Positions 62,101 to 64,000 of a stretch of 64,000 bases of DNA are shown here, piece after piece. A program made the translations under genes and the position numbers. Source of the stretch: Macrostomum lignano (lineage: Eukaryota); assembly GCA_002269645.1 (NCBI GenBank), contig NIVC01001462.1, forward strand, positions 186,001 through 250,000, written 5' to 3'. Position 1 is the stretch's first letter. Every line of letters starts with the position of its first letter. The notes below the pieces were generated by a model, which saw nothing but the letters and a program-made list of their open reading frames with translations, made no database searches and had not been told where the DNA came from.

Positions 62101-62807
62101 TTCACGGTTTCCGGGCTATGCTAGAAGAAAAGAAGCAGCAACAGCAGCAGCAGCAGCAGCAGCCGAAGCGGCAGCAGGCCAGCGCTCTGGTGCGAGCCAG
62201 CTCGATTCCTGAGGGCCTCTGCAGCTTGCAGCAATTTAAGCAGCCACAGCAGCAGCAACAAAAATCTGCTGACAACGCCAAAAAAGAGGACGACGACGTA
62301 TTCGATCAGGCCAACGAATATTTGAGCGTCAGGTTGTGCAAACGCGGCAAATCAGTCGGCGAAGGTCTGGACGAACTCGACGAAAATGACAACGACGAAG
62401 ATAGCGAGATGGACGAAATTCACCGTTCAATAGGCGACGCGCTCGGCAAGGCGGCGGCTTTGTCGCCGTCGCCGTCGCCCTCGCCGTCGCCTTCGCCCTC
62501 GCCGTCGATTGCCACCACGGAATGGGACGACGACGACGGCTTGCCGATGGATAACGACGACGAAAACGAGACGTCGGTTGGCGATCCCGTAGTGCTGGCC
62601 GAACGACTTCGAGCGGAACTGGAATCGGAGATCGGGTTCACCAAACTGCTGCCGGCCTACGACTTGGCTGGACAGTTGGAACGCGACGACAATGTGACCG
62701 TCGACGAGACTGAACGGCGAGTTCGCGAGGCACTTGGGCCGCAGCATGCGGGCGTGTACGATAAACTGATGCGGCTGGTGCTGTACGACAATCAGGCTGA
62801 TCAGTGA
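56163..62807 (+). CDS. NEK1: NIMA-related kinase, NEK1-like, 6 exons
   Basis: Exons 56163-56551, 57670-58023, 58282-58357, 59220-60027, 60884-61378 and 61912-62807 with consistent phases. Motifs GKGAFG, VLKE, HRDIKPKN (split by intron), DFG, GTANYLSPE and DIWSMG. C-terminal LRAELESEIGF..L resembles the NEK1 tail. Confidence 0.88.
56655..57560. repeat. Intronic 31-32-bp minisatellite (gcctatcgaaggacc(a/t)gaggggttgtcag..)
   Basis: Fills NEK intron 1. Confidence 0.95.
58385..59170. repeat. Intronic 25-bp minisatellite (ttgggatcagtacagatttggatta)
   Basis: Fills NEK intron 3. Confidence 0.95.
60120..60832. repeat. Intronic 27-28-bp minisatellite (gcggtgccatattctaggggtgggtaa)
   Basis: Fills NEK intron 4. 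Confidence 0.95.
61525..61755 (+). mobile_element. tRNA-derived CORE-type SINE (second copy) with an inverted tail fragment at 61435-61500
   Basis: Same family as 46455-46700; B box gttcgattc; lies in NEK intron 5. Confidence 0.85.
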
Positions 62808-62974
62808 CGGCCTTACTGGCTATTCATGACCTTCTCATTCAGAATTTCCTGTTTACTTGTTTCTTTAGCTTGGAGGCGTTTCTTTTATTGTGTTTAATGG
62901 GTTAAATTTTCACGTATTTATCTGAATGAAAAGGACGGAAAATTCTGTGCATACATATGTCACATTCCCATGTA

Positions 62975-63240
62975 TACATATCTCTAGGGGTAAGCTTTCT
63001 ATGCATACATATCTCTAGGGGTAAGATTTATATGCATACATATCTCTAGGGGTAAGCTTTCTATGCATACATATCTCAAGGGGTGAGATTTCTATGCATA
63101 CATATCTACAGGGGTGAGATTTCTCTGTATACATATCTCTAGGGGTGAGATTTCTTTGTATACATATCTCTAGGGGTAAGATTTCTATGCATACATATCT
63201 CTAGGGGTGAGATTTCTATGCATACATATCTCTAGGGGTG
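62975..63240. repeat. 31-bp minisatellite (atgcatacatatctctaggggtgagatttct)
   Basis: About 8 tandem copies downstream of the NEK stop. Confidence 0.9.
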
Positions 63241-64000
63241 AGATTTGTTGTTTTAGAATTGAGATTTTATAGCATAGTGTGAAATTCCGGGCCCTAAATT
63301 TATTGATAAGAAATCTTTTCATTCATGAATTCTACACAATTTCTGTGAATGAAAAAAGGTGGAAAACTTGATGTCGTTCGATCAACTTGTCAGTCATAGG
63401 TGAGAAGGCAAATCGTTGCAAAAGCAAAAAATGGCTGTTTTTCTACAGCTGTTTCATTAACAGAATGTTGCGCCATAACTTCTCGTGTTGTAAATGCGAC
63501 TTGCCATTAGCCATCCACATTTGGGAATTGCAACGTCTGCTTTAATCAGATTCGAATATTTTATGATTTCTATGTGATTTTTTTATCAACTATTCGTCTT
63601 TGAAAATTAATACTAGATGGCTATGGTACGAAGCCTCTACAACTTAGACCTTGTACTTTTTATTCTTCTCTTTGGTCTAATTATGAATTCGCTAATCTGC
63701 TTGGCTACGTTTCTACGTTTATTTAGTTCTTGAGAAACATTCCGTCCTGTTTATTTTGCTGTGATAACTTTTACTTTTCTTATTGACAAGATCGCACTCT
63801 ATTTAAATAGATGTCTGTTTTATGTGTGCAAAAAACTTCACTTGTTTTATATAGGTTTGCGTGTTCGAATTGCACTACTTACCATTGCTGCTGTAGCGCT
63901 TGTTTTCATCTTATACAGAAATAAACTTTGCTATCAGCTAGCATGTCTTATTTATATTTTTACGGTGAAGTTGCCGTCGGTCTTGAAGTTAATTTCACTA

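Overview
Eukaryotic genomic DNA from what looks like an invertebrate animal (GT-AG introns of about 30-1100 nt, a CORE-type tRNA SINE, poly-Q/A/SP tracts; the species cannot be determined from the sequence). The window has four blocks. (1) 1-7.6 kb is a transposon graveyard: Crypton tyrosine-recombinase remnants and a CMC/EnSpm derivative containing a nested MITE. (2) 7.6-24.3 kb is an integrated Polinton/Maverick-type virus (adintovirus-like). It has 603-bp terminal repeats, PLA2, integrase, pPolB, cysteine protease, packaging ATPase, and major and minor capsid genes. pPolB, integrase and protease are damaged. The right terminus plus its 6-bp target duplication has been inverted together with a host PARP exon. 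(3) 22.7-48.7 kb is a host cluster of five paralogous PARP-type (H-Y-E) ADP-ribosyltransferase exons. At least two are spliced in frame to spectrin-repeat exons. One complete model reads double zinc ribbon - 18-aa repeats - spectrin repeats - Cys/His finger - PARP. Another starts with an MGSTAS myristoylation motif directly on a PARP domain and may continue through many spectrin repeats to a second PARP. (4) 49-64 kb holds repeats, a small orphan ORF and a complete 6-exon NEK1-like kinase with minisatellite-filled introns. The most novel-looking system is the spectrin-PARP family, with the virus inserted about 105 bp upstream of one member's catalytic exon.
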